64,000 nucleotides of DNA from Eledone cirrhosa. Lineage: Eukaryota. The notes below the pieces were generated by a model. It saw only the letters and a list, made by a program, of their open reading frames with translations. It searched no databases and was not told the DNA's origin. Made by a program: the position numbers and the translations under genes. This document shows, in pieces, positions 38,742 through 50,732 of this stretch. The DNA lies in assembly GCA_964016885.1 (NCBI GenBank), contig OZ024741.1:388492001-388556000 (forward strand). The letters run 5' to 3'. How positions within the stretch are numbered: the first letter of the stretch is position 1; every line of letters starts with the position of its first letter.

Positions 38742-38779
38742 CCAGGGAGTGTAACGTGAAGTTACTGTAGGTTCAAAGA

Positions 38780-38864
38780 GGTCCGACGAGCTTTTGATTC
38801 CAGAGTCAGGTCAGATCAATACAGATCGAACCTTGAGCTGATCAATAGCGAAACGCGTGTCACC
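38780..38864 (+). ncRNA. Type I hammerhead ribozyme, variant core
   Basis: GGT CCGACGA GCT..AGC GAAAC GCGT GTC ACC, followed by AATAAA. Confidence 0.68.
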
Positions 38865-38903
38865 AATCAATAAACGTAATGAAGGCTTAACAAATCGTCC
38901 TTG

Positions 38904-38934
<31 letters not shown>

Positions 38935-40434
38935 TGTGTGTGTGAAAATGTGTCCTGCATGGCTAAGATCATACAAAGAATAAAAAACAGTGGGCAAAGA
39001 CAACAGAAAAACCGACAAAATACAGTACAGTCCCTTTTCATTAGTTGACAGCTGAAAGTCTATGTGGTTTCAGTAACAAATTGATGCAAGACAGGACAAT
39101 TTATGTTTGGACTATTTACAAATAGCTATCAATAATAAAATTGGTGTTTTGAACAGATGTTTCCTCTTCTAAATTTAGTTTGGTTGATAAACCCTAGGCC
39201 AGCTCTGGTCCAGCAAACATAGAATGAAAGCATTCCAGCCATATGTTAAGATATAGTAAGTATATCTAGCTAGAATTACAATATCTCTTGTATTTTTTCT
39301 TCTTTTAAAAACCTTTTATTACCATATTTCTAATTTATTACCTATGATTTTCAAATAATTTTGAAAATAGTCAAGAATTGTAGATGTTTAGTAATGTGAC
39401 TAACTTTCTTATTCTCAAGCTTGTGTTAAGTATGCAATGGCCCACCTGTTTCTATTATATAAATCATAGCAACATGGGTGCTGTCAGACAGTTTAATATC
39501 AAAAAGGCTAAGATGGGAAAATGTGTTTTGAGAAAAGTTTGTTTTCTATTTCTAGCCAGCTAAGCAGCCACGTAGAAGCTCCTTTAGTCTGGTTTTGTTT
39601 GGTTCTTGAATGAGCAAAGATAATGAATCCTTTTAGCCATTTATAGGACTGGGAATCTATATTATTTTGTTTGTCACGCCATCTATGTTGTCGAATGTTA
39701 TGCTATAAACAACATAAACTATGGAATAAAACTGTGGGCATAATTGAAGACTTTAACACAATGAAAACCAGTTTCACTGTTATCCTTTAAACAACCTTAA
39801 CTATCTGACTAAATTGAAAAACATAATCAAAAACTTAACATAATGAAACAATGTTATGAAGATCTCTAAATTTATGAATTAAAATAGAAATAAGAACTTT
39901 TATAAAATGTAGAATGTCCCTAGGTCCCATTAGTTATTACTAATACACAAGAATGAGACTTCTGTCCTGAGCAAGATACAGTGAATTTTATACACCACTG
40001 AGTCAAAGAGGAATCTTTCATTAAAGAACCAATACATCCTGTTCTTAGCCAATGAAAGAGCTACTTCACAGTTGCTTGACCTGCTTTAAATAACAGCCTC
40101 AGATCCAGTGCTGGACTTATAAACTAAATAAGTTATAGCTTAGAGCCACACATTTTAAAAAATATCATCGGCCCCATGGCATCATTAGCTCTTATTCTTC
40201 CAGTACGACTCAAGGCCAACACTACTAACACTGATAAACTACCCCACACAATGGAACTTGTTTACAGGTGGAGGAGGAACTGAGCTGTTAAATGTCATGT
40301 CTCTTTATAAGACTGGGGAAAAACAGGAGAAAGAATGAAGGGAAACGAAAAGGCTGAATGTTAATTTTTAATTTGAATTTACATTTAAACAAAGACAGAA
40401 AGAAAATGAAGTTCATTAGAGAGGAATCATGTAT

Positions 40435-40443
40435 GAGAGAGTA

Positions 40444-40478
<35 letters not shown>

Positions 40479-40737
40479 GAGAGACCAGAGAGAGAGTGAG
40501 GGTGAGAGAAGAGAGAGAGTGAAAGAGAGAGTGAGAGAGAGAGAAAGAGTGAAGGAGAGAGAGAGTGAGTGAGAGAGAGTGAGAGAACAGAGAAAGAGAG
40601 AAAGAGTGAAAGAGAGAGAGAGAGAGAGTGCGAGAAGAGAGAAAGAGTGAAAGAGAGAGAGAGAGAGAGAGTGAAAGAGAAAGAGAGAAAGAGAGAGAGA
40701 GGGAGAGAATGAGAGAGTGAAAGAGAGAGAGAGAGAA
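40435..40737. repeat. GA-rich microsatellite
   Basis: Seen directly. Confidence 0.95.
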
Positions 40738-40850
40738 GCTTTGATTTAAGTCTCTTATGTTGACGAGCAAAGATAGAAAGTGTTTCTTGGTTGCAACAGC
40801 ATACAGATTTAATGACGTGTGACAGTGCAGACTCCTATTTGCCCAGTGGT

Positions 40851-41195
40851 ACTTCTACTACTTCTACTACTACTATCACCACCACCACCACCATTACTAC
40901 TACTACTACTATCACCACCACCACCACCATTACTACTACTACTACTATCACCACCACCACCACCATTACTACTACTACCACCACCACCACCACTACTACT
41001 ACTACTACTATCACCACCACCACCACCATTACTACTACTACTACCACCACCACCACTACTACTACTACTATCACCACCACCACCACCATTACTACTACTA
41101 CTACCACCACCACCACCACCACCACCACTACTATCACCACCACCACTACTACTACCACCACCACCACCACCACCACCACCACCACCACCACCACC

Positions 41196-41248
<53 letters not shown>

Positions 41249-41249
41249 A
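40851..41249. repeat. Compound (ACT)n/(ACC)n trinucleotide array with ~36-bp higher-order unit
   Basis: Recurring (ACT)n-ATC-(ACC)5-ATT blocks. Confidence 0.95.
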
Positions 41250-41361
41250 GTATGATATATGGAGTGCACTATATATTTCTTGACCAACATGCATATTTAA
41301 GAATTACACAAAAGAAAAATTTTCAATAGTGCAACACTCAAGTTATACAATATATCTATAA

Positions 41362-41436
<75 letters not shown>

Positions 41437-41437
<1 letters not shown>

Positions 41438-43728
41438 CCTCCCACCCGCCACCATTGTTATTGCGTGGACCAATCATAAGCCAGAGCCCCCCCCCCCCCC
41501 CCCCAGCACCATTGTTATTACGCGGACCAATCATAAGCCAGAGGCCTATACTATCGCTTGCCCGGTTGCCTTTCGATATATGATGGATGGACTGCGGAAT
41601 CCTGGAGAGTGGAAGAGAGAGAAAAGTCTGGACGCTCAGCGAAAATGCCAAAGTTAAAGACAAATTCACCTCGTGGACGAGAATGCGAGCACTCCTCATT
41701 GTTTCGACCGCGGACGGTTAACATAACCCCATCTCCCCCCGCCCCCACCGCCCCCACCCTCCAAACGGAATCCAAAACTTCAGAGTTGGTACCATAAATG
41801 TAGGCACCCTAAAGGGTCGCGCTAACGAGGTTGTAGAAATGCTTGAACGTAAGGAGGTCGATGTTTGTTGTATTCAAGAGACCAGGTGGAGGGGTGGGTC
41901 TGCTAGATTCATTGAGGGTAAAAAACGATGTTATAAGCTTTTCTGGGTGGGAAACGACGATGGGCTGGGTGGAGTAGGAATCATGGTAGCAGAAAAGTGG
42001 GCAGATAAGATAATAGACGTAAATAGAGTGAACGACAGAATAATTAAAATACGACTTGTCCTCAATAGAACTACGGTGACAGTAATATCTGCGTACGCAC
42101 CCCAATCCGGACGACCCGGCGCTATAAAAGACAGATTCTATGAGACACTGATGCTCACTACCTCCCAAATATCCGACAGTGACTATATAATTATTGCAGG
42201 CGACCTAAATGGTCACGCTGGACAACATTGTGACGGCTATGACAGAATCCATGGAGGCTATGGGTTTGTTACTAGAAATGAGGAAGGCTCCAGAATCCTG
42301 GAATTCTGTGATGCAAATAACCTAACTATCTGTAACACTAACTTCAAAAAACGTGACAATCACTTGATCACCTACAGATCAGGGGAACATACCAGTCAGG
42401 TAGATTATATCCTTACCAGAAGACGTGACAGAGTGTCTGTTGTAAACACTAAATCCCTCCCCCATGAAGAATGCACCTCCCAACATAGACTGATAATTAG
42501 CGACCTCATAGTCAGGACGAGACGTACTCGCCAGCAGAAGAGGACTATCCTCAGGAGAAAAATATGGAAGCTAAAGGACCCCACAGCCAGAAATAAATTT
42601 CAAAGCATATTACTTGATGCTTTCGACAGTAAGGAAGAGCATTTAGAGTCGTACAATATAGAGGGACAGTGGGAATTTCTGAACGCAAACCTGCTGATGG
42701 CGACAGACGAGGTCTGTGGCTGGAGCAGGCCTGTAGGCAGGAGGAGAGTAACATGGTGGTGGAACAGTAGGGTGGAGGGGTCAATTAAGGCCAAAAAGCA
42801 GGCTTGGAAAGTATGGTGGGATGGGGGAAGTAGAGAAGACTATCAAGTGGCCAGGAGGGAAGCTAGGAGACAAGTGTACTTAGCAAGAAGGGAAGCAGGG
42901 GAAAGAAAGTTCAAGCATGTTCTACAACGCAAGGACCAAAAACGTGAGGTGTTCAGGATTGCTAGGCAATGCGTCAAGGAAAACCGTGATATCGTCGGGG
43001 AGAAGTGTGTACTTAATGATGACGGCGTACTTGCCATCACCGACGCTGATAAGAAGGTAGCTTGGAAGTGTCACTATGAAAGGCTACTAAATGAGGAGAA
43101 TAAATGGGAGAAAGACAGTCTCCCCCATATCGACCCAATAGAGGGACCAGCAGTGTTAGTCGAGGGGAGTATAATAAGTAAGGCAATCAAGGATATGAAG
43201 ACGGGTAAGGTGGCTGGGCCTTCGGAAATAGTTGCTGAGATGCTGAAGGCATCTGGCATGGTGGGACACACCATGGTCACCCGCATAGTTAACCAAGTCG
43301 TACAGAATGGGGTTGTTCCGAAGGACTGGCATAGCAGCATCATCGTTAACTGTTATAAGGGTATAGGAGTAACTATAGAGGCATTAAATTAATCGACCAG
43401 GTCATGAAGGTCACGGAAAAAGTAATAGTGCAACTAATCAGAGAGAGAATTGACCTAGATGAAATGTAGTTCGGGTTTGTGTCAGGCAAAAGTACCACAG
43501 ACGCTCTTTTCATTGTACGACAACTACAGGAGAAGTACCTAGCTAAAGGTAAACCCCGCTACTTAGCTTTTGTCGACTTGGAGAAAGCCTTCGACAGAGT
43601 CCCCCGCTCCATTATCTGGTGGGCTCTTAGAAAACTAGGCGTTGACGAATGGCTTGTGAGAGCTATACAAGCCATGTATAAAGAAACAGTCAGCAAGGTT
43701 AGAATTAACAACGAATGATGATGATGAT
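41437..43728 (+). mobile_element. RTE LINE copy A: 5' UTR, APE and RT N-half, 3'-truncated
   Basis: GTINVGTL, CIQETRW, AGDLN, VDYIL, SQH; DLEKAFDRV; stops at RINNE followed by (GAT)n. Confidence 0.93.
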
Positions 43729-43748
43729 AAATATATATATATATATGT

Positions 43749-45626
43749 ATCATCATCATCATCATCAACGTTTAACGTCCGTGTTCCACGCTTGCATGGG
43801 TTTGGACGGGGGTATTCCCACTTGAGGCAAGAGTGATTGTCTTGCTCGCATAGGACTGTCTGGCAGGTTTTCTACAGTTGGATGCCCTTCCTAACACCAA
43901 CCACATTTACAGTGTGGGTCTGGGAGGTTTTTACCGTGTTGCCTACACGGCCACATTACAGCGTGGACTGTGTTTTTTTTGTCGTGACACCTACACGATC
44001 TCATTTGTTTCGGCCTGGATGGCGTGGTACCAACATAACTTTACATAGAAGGGGGTGGTGTGGATGGGGTGGGGGTGGTGGGACGGGGTGTATTTTGTTA
44101 GAGATGCCTACTGGCTGTAGTAGGTTTTACTATGTATTTAGTTAAGGCGGGTCTTCTCTGTTACTGAGTACCGCCAAAGGTCTCGGTCCAGTGACATTGT
44201 CTTGGAGAGGTGTAAGTGTGTGAGGTCGGAGTTTATCAGCTCGTCCCAGGTTTTTCTAGGTCTGCCTATTCCGTGGCTACCGTCTATCTTTATTGCCCTG
44301 CACTTTGTTATACAGCTATCGACTTTCATGCGCATCACGTGTCCATACCAACGTAGCCTTCTCTCGAGTAAACAACATCTGGTCCCCCTTATTTCTAATT
44401 TTTTCCTTAGTTCGTTTATGCTTTGCCGTTCACGTATATTACTGTTACACATCCAGCGGAGCATGCAAGCTTCGTTCCTCTCTAGTTTTGCGTATATCCT
44501 CTGCACACAATGCCCAGGTCTCACTGCCATGCAACATTGCTGTTCGTATGCAGGCATCATACAACCTGCCTTTCATTTTTAGGGAGAACCCTTTAGCGGC
44601 TAATAGTGGTATAAGCTCTCTGAACTTTTTCCATCCAGTTCTGACTCTAGCTACTGTACTTTCAGAGCACCCTCCCCCACTGCTGATTTTGTCACCCAGG
44701 TAACGGAAGCTGTCCACTATTTCTATAGAGCCCTCTGCGCAGTTGTAAGAGCTAGCATTTTGTGGGCACTTGCTGCTACTTATTGCACCAGAGCACTGGC
44801 CACATGTAAAATCTATGTTCTTAGTTAGCTTACCTGTGATCCCACTACATCTTTTATGCAACCATACTTTGCATTTGGGACATAAAATGGAGTTTCTACC
44901 TACGCCTTTCCTACACACTGAGCATGGCCATTTCCCAGAAGGGACCGCCACCTTATTTTCTTTCCTACAAACTAGAACTTTAGTCTTAGCCAGGTTAATT
45001 TTAAGGCCTTTTGATTCTAGGCCGTGCTTCCATGTTTGGAATTTCTTCTCTAGCTCGGCCATTGATTCAGCTGTGAGTGTCAGGTCATCTGCGTATAGGA
45101 GTTCCCATGGGCAGCCGGTCTTGAACTCCTCTATTATAGCCTGAAGGGCAATAATAAATAGTAGGGGGCTGAGAACAGAGCCCTGATGGACGCCAACTTT
45201 TACGCTAAACTCTTCACTATATTCGTTGTTAATTCTAACCTTGCTGACTGTTTCTTTATACATGGCTTGTATAGCTCTCACAAGCCATTCGTCAACACCT
45301 AGTTTTCTAAGAGCCCACCAGATAATGGAACGGGGGACTCTGTCGAAGGCTTTCTCCAAGTCGACAAAAGCTAAGTAGAGGGGTTTACCTTTAGCTAGGT
45401 ACTTCTCCTGTAGTTGTCGTACAATGAAAAGAGCGTCTGTGGTACTTTTGCCTGACACAAACCCGAACTGCATTTCATCTAGATCAATTCTCTCTCTGAT
45501 TAGTTGCGCTATTACTTTTTCCGTGACCTTCATGACCTGGTCGATTAGTTTAATGCCTCTATAGTTACTCCTATCTAGGGCATCTCCTTTACCCTTATAA
45601 CAGTTAACGATGATGCTGCTATGCCA

Positions 45627-45627
<1 letters not shown>
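43749..45627 (-). mobile_element. RTE LINE copy B, 5'-truncated
   Basis: HQGSVLSP, YADD, PHD-like finger, 3' UTR, (GAT)n tail. Confidence 0.95.
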
Positions 45628-45685
<58 letters not shown>

Positions 45686-45688
<3 letters not shown>

Positions 45689-47736
45689 CTTGGAAGTGTC
45701 ACTACGAAAGGCTACTAAATGAGGAGAATAAATGGGAGAAAGACAGTCTCCCCCACATCGACCCAATAGAGGGACCAGCAGTGTTAGTCGAAGGTAGTAT
45801 AATAAGTAAGGCAATCAAAGATATGAAGACGGGTAAGGCGGCTGGGCCTTCGGAAATAGTTGCTGAGATGCTGAAAGCCTCTGGAACGGTGGGACACACC
45901 ATGGTCACCCGGATAGTAAACCAAGTCATACAGAATGGGGTTGTTCCGAAGGACTGGCGTAGCAGCATTATCATTAACTGTTACAAGGGTAAAGGAGATG
46001 CCCTAGACAGGAGTAACTATAGAGGCATTAAATTAATCGACCAGGTCATGAAGGTCACGGAAAAAGTAATAGCGCAACTAATCAGAGAGAGAATTGATCT
46101 AGATGAAATGCAGTTCGGGTTTGTGTCAGGCAAAAGTACCACAGACGCTCTTTTCATTGTACGACAACTACAGGAGAAGTACCTAGCTAAAAGTAAACCC
46201 CTATACTTAGCTTTCGTCGACTTGGAGAAAGCCTTCGACAGAGTCCCCCGTTCCATTATCTGGTGGTCTCTTAGAAAACTAGGTGTTGACGAATGGCTTG
46301 TGAGAGCTATACAAGTCATGTATAAAGAAACAGTCAGCAAGGTTAGAATTAACAACGAATATAGTGAAGAGTTTAGCGTAAAAGTTGGTGTTCATCAGGG
46401 CTCTGTTCTTAGCCCCCTACTATTTATTATTGCCCTTCAGGCTATAACAGTGGAGTTCAAGACCGGCTGCCCATGGGAATTCCTATACGCAGATGATCTA
46501 ACGCTCATCGCTGAATCAATGGCCGAGCTAGAGAAGAAATTCCAAACATGGAAGCACGGCCTAGAATCAAAAGGCCTTAAAATTAACCTGGCTAAGACTA
46601 AAGTTCTAGTTTGTAGGAAAGAAAATAAAGCGCCGGTCCCTTCCGGGAAATGGCCATGCTCAGTGTGTAGGAAAGGCGTAGGTAGAAACTCCATTTTATG
46701 TCCCAAATGCAAAGTATGGGTGCATAAAAGATGTAGTGGGATCACAGGTAAGCTAACTAAGAACATAGATTTTACATGTGGCCGGTGCTCTGGTACAATA
46801 AGTAGCAGCAAGTGCCCACAGAATACTAGCTCATTCAATTGCGCAGAGAGTTCTATAGAAATAGTGGACAGCTTCCGTTACCTGGGTGACAAAATCAGCA
46901 GTGGGGGAGGGTGCTCTGAAAGTACAGTAGCTAGAGTCAGAACTGGATGGAAAAAGTTCAGAGAGCTTATACCACTATTAGCCGCTAAAGGGTTCTCCCT
47001 AAAAATGAAAGGCAGGTTGTATGATGCCTGCATATGAACAGCAATGTTGCATGGCAGTGAGACCTGGGCATTGTGTGCAGAGGATATACGCAGACTAGAG
47101 AGGAACAAAGCTTGCATGCTCTGCTGGATGTGTAATAGTAATATACGTGAACGGCAAAGCATAAACGAACTAAGGGAAAAATTAGAAATAAGAGGGATCA
47201 GATGCTGTTTACTCGACGGTAGCCACGGAGTAGTCAGACCCAGAAAAACCTGGGACGACCTAATAAATTCCGACCTCACACACTTACACCTCTCCAAGAC
47301 AATGTCACTGGACCGAGATCTTTGGCGGTACACAGTAATAGAGAAGACTCGCCTTACCTAAATACAAAGTAAAACCTACTACAGTCAGTAGGCATCTCTA
47401 ACGAAATACCCCCCCCCCCCCATCCACACCACCCCTTTCAATGTAAAGTTATGTTGGTGCCACAACATCCAGTCCGAAACAAATGAGATCGTGTAGGTGT
47501 CACAACAAAAAAACACACAGTCCACGCTGTAATGTGGCCGTGTAGGCAACACGGTAAAAACCTCCCAGTCCCACACTGTAAATGTGGTTGGTGTTAGGAA
47601 GGGCATCCAGCTGTAGAAAACCCGCCAGACAGTCCTATGCGAGCAAGACAACCACTCTTGCCTCAAGTGTGAAAACTCCCGTCCAAACCCATGCAAGCGT
47701 GGAACATGGATGTTAAACGATGATGATGATGATGAT
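45686..47736 (+). mobile_element. RTE LINE copy C, 5'-truncated
   Basis: Same motifs; internal deletion near 47210; (GAT)n tail. Confidence 0.95.
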
Positions 47737-47779
47737 ATATATATATATAAGATCAAAAGATAGTTAAAAGAGTTCCATG

Positions 47780-47850
47780 TATTTTATTATGCGCATTTCA
47801 AAAACAAATATCATCATGCAATAACATTTGCGTTTTCGTCAGATAAAATA
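47780..47850 (-). ncRNA. Type I hammerhead ribozyme with palindromic stem III
   Basis: TATTTTAT CTGACGA AAAC..TTTT GAAA TGCGCA TA ATAAAATA (8-bp stem I). Confidence 0.82.
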
Positions 47851-47883
47851 GGGAGACATGATATGAAGGTTAAAACATACTTG

Positions 47884-47943
47884 TGAATAGTGCAGTTTTA
47901 AATCAACATATCATGATATGTTGATTTAAAACTGCACTATTCA
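47884..47943. repeat. Perfect 60-bp palindrome without spacer
   Basis: TGAATAGTGCAGTTTTAAATCAACATATCA|TGATATGTTGATTTAAAACTGCACTATTCA. Confidence 0.97.
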
Positions 47944-48010
47944 TATATATATATGAATATATGAAAACTGCATATATTCATATATATATATATATTCGAT
48001 GTGAATGTTA

Positions 48011-48346
48011 TGGAGGCACATGGCTTAGTGGTTAGAGCATTGGCCTTGCAATCGAAAGGTTGTGAGTTCAATTCTCAGACCGGGTGATGTGTTGTTTCCT
48101 TGAGCAAGACACTTTATTTCATATTGCTCCAGTTTACTCAGCTGTAGAAATGAGATGATAGGGACTGGGGTCCCTATCATTCCACTGCAAAAGTGGTTGT
48201 GGAGGTGCCACGCAAAAAAGCACCCAGCACTCACTGTAAATGAGGTTGGTGTTAGGAAGGGCATCCAGCTGTAGAAATCAAGCCAGCATCAGTTCCCATC
48301 CCACCCTTGCAAGCAGGGAAAAGCGGACGTAAAATGAAATGATGAT
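48011..48346 (+). mobile_element. tRNA/CORE-like SINE with RTE-shared 3' end
   Basis: A/B boxes, CCTTGAGCAAGACACTT, then GGTGTTAGGAAGGGCATCCAGCTGTAGAAA and a (GAT)n tail shared with the RTE 3' UTR. Confidence 0.9.
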
Positions 48347-48446
48347 ATATAGTAATAATAATAAACGTGAAGACTAAAATCCGAAGAGGGCTCGATAAGG
48401 ATAATGTATATATATATTTATATAAAACCGTACCGCAATATATATT

Positions 48447-48553
48447 TATTAAAATAACAGATTAAAGTTTAAGCAAAGAATCGCTGCTTTCACCCTCCCG
48501 TTAAGGGTGAAAGCAGCGATTCATTGCTTAAACTTTAATCTGTTATTTTAATA
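48447..48553. repeat. Fold-back, 50-bp arms, from the 58150/62300 repeat family
   Basis: One mismatch, 7-nt loop. Confidence 0.95.
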
Positions 48554-48884
48554 TGATGATGATGATATATATGATGATGATGATGATGATGATGATATAT
48601 ATATATGTCCCACCCTTGCAAGCAGGGAAGAGTGGACGTAAACTGATGATGATGATATATATATATATATATATAATTGGATACTTAGTAAAATCGAATC
48701 TCTGGCGGTGTACAAGCAAATTCGGCCTACTATATGAATGAATGAGTTAGCAAAGCACTCGACAAGGTAGGTCCTTAGAGTAATAACATACGTTTAAATA
48801 GCTTGACAAATTGAACATTGTGGTAGGCAAAATCTAACACACAATACCAAAGTAACGAAAGAACTAACAGGTTGAGAAAAATAC

Positions 48885-49010
48885 ACCTGGACAAATCAAA
48901 CGTTATACGTTTAAAGTGTTTCTATGAATCCGAAATCAAATATCAGACTTACATAACTGGCAAGCTTGTGGTATTCAGGATCGAACAGAGGATTCAGTTC
49001 ATCAACAGGT
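48885..49010 (-). ncRNA. Type I hammerhead ribozyme, C3U variant, large stem II
   Basis: ACCTG TTGATGA acTGAATCC..GGATTCAta GAAAC..AAACGT.ACGTTT..GTC CAGGT. Confidence 0.68.
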
Positions 49011-49025
49011 TTTCGTTCTACCAAA

Positions 49026-49376
49026 GAGGCACATGGCTTAGTGGTTAGAGCATTGGCCTTGCAATCGAAAGGTTGTGAGTTCAATTCTCAGGCCGGGTGA
49101 TGTGTTGTTTCCTTGAGCAAGACACTTTATTTCATATTGCTCCAGTTTACTCAGCTGTAGAAATGAGATGATAAGGACTGGGGTCCCTATCATTCCACTG
49201 CAAAAGTGGTCGTGGAGGTGCCACGGCAAAAAAAGCACCCAGCACTCACTGTAAATGAGGTTGGTGTTAGGAAGGGCATCCAGCTGTAGAAATCAAGCCA
49301 GAATCAGTTCCCGTCCCATCCTGGCAAGCAGGGAAAAGCGGACGTAAAATGATGAAGATGATGATGATGATGATGA

Positions 49377-49380
<4 letters not shown>
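49026..49380 (+). mobile_element. Second copy of the CORE-like/RTE-tailed SINE
   Basis: Near-identical to 48011-48346. Confidence 0.9.
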
Positions 49381-49428
<48 letters not shown>

Positions 49429-49433
49429 TTGTG

Positions 49434-49516
49434 CATTGAACAATAAAAAACAGAAGTCAGGTGTAGGTAGATAGTTAGTTCTACCTACACCTGACTTCTA
49501 TTTTTATTGTTCGATG
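49434..49516. repeat. Fold-back hairpin
   Basis: AGAAGTCAGGTGTAGGTAGA / TCTACCTACACCTGACTTCT plus outer arms. Confidence 0.93.
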
Positions 49517-49733
49517 TGAATGTTCGATGTTCGATATGTGAATGACTCTGTAACCTGGACGGATTCTCTTCTTCAAGGATACCTTAGGCGGTGATCACCT
49601 AAGACAAGAACTACCGGTCACACTGCTGAATCTTGCTGCAACCATCCTTCCAAGGACACATTGAGTTCTAACAATGTTATCAACCCCACCTCAACCAGGT
49701 GGATTATGATATATGTATTTATATATATATATA

Positions 49734-50324
49734 TCATCATCATCATCATTGTCATCGTTTAACGTCCATAATCCACGCTTGCATGGGTTTGGACGGGAGT
49801 TTTCCCACTTGAGGCAAGATTGGTTGTCCTGCTCGTATAGGACTGTCTGGGAGGTTTTCTACAGCTGGATGCCCTTCCTAACACCAACCACATTTACAGT
49901 GTGGGGCTGGGAGGTTTTTACCGTGTTACCTACACGGCCACATTACAGCGTGGACTGTGTGTTTTTTTTGTTGTGACACCTACACGACCTGATTTGTTTT
50001 GGACTGGATGTTGTGGTACCAACATAACTTTACATTGAAGGGGTGGTGTTGATGGGGTGGGGGTAGTGGGACGGGGTGTATTTTGTTAGAGGTGCCTACT
50101 GACTGTAGGTTTCACTTTGTACTTAGGGTCTTCTGTATGACTGTGTAGCGCCAAAGAAGTCCAGTGACATTGTCTTGGAGAGATGTAAGTGTGTGAGGTC
50201 GGAATTTATCAAGTCGTCCCAGGTTTTTCTGGGTCTGCCTACTCCGTGGCTACCGTCTATTTTTATCGCCCTGCACTTTTTTATACAGCTGTCGTCTTTC
50301 ATGCGCATCACGTGACCGTACCAA
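49734..50324 (-). mobile_element. RTE 3' fragment
   Basis: WYGHVMRMKDDSCIKKC..GRPRKTWDD plus 3' UTR. Confidence 0.92.
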
Positions 50325-50465
50325 TATATATAGTATTATTATTATTATTATTACTTTCAAAGTAAAGGGTGTCATGAATGTACATGAGTGTACACAATCA
50401 AACATATGTCTTGTCTCTAAAAACAGCTCAAGATAGAATTCAGAGAATTAAATTGAGCCTTACTC

Positions 50466-50500
<35 letters not shown>

Positions 50501-50511
50501 AGAAAATGAAT

Positions 50512-50732
50512 GACCATGGGATTTGCACCTAGAAAGTTTCCCTCTGAAGCACAAGTCCAGGCACCGGTGATATCCAAGGGAAAAGCTATGGCACCAGTGA
50601 TGTTGCAACTCATTTCTACAACTAAGTAAACTGAAGCAACATGAAATAAAGTATCGCATCACCTGGTCCAAGAATCAAACTCACAAATTTTTGATTGCAA
50701 GCCCAATGTTCTAACCACTAAGCCATGCGCCT
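50512..50732 (-). mobile_element. Decayed tRNA/CORE-like SINE
   Basis: Minus strand head AGGCGCATGGCTTAGTGGTTAGA. Confidence 0.7.

Noticed and set aside
40791-41294. Four long ORFs (poly-Thr, Pro/Leu, Ser/Gly, Val)
   Set aside because: Artefacts of a stop-free trinucleotide array; no splice or coding context.
49620-49682. CTGCTGA..GACAC hammerhead-like fold
   Set aside because: Both core boxes are altered and stem I is missing.
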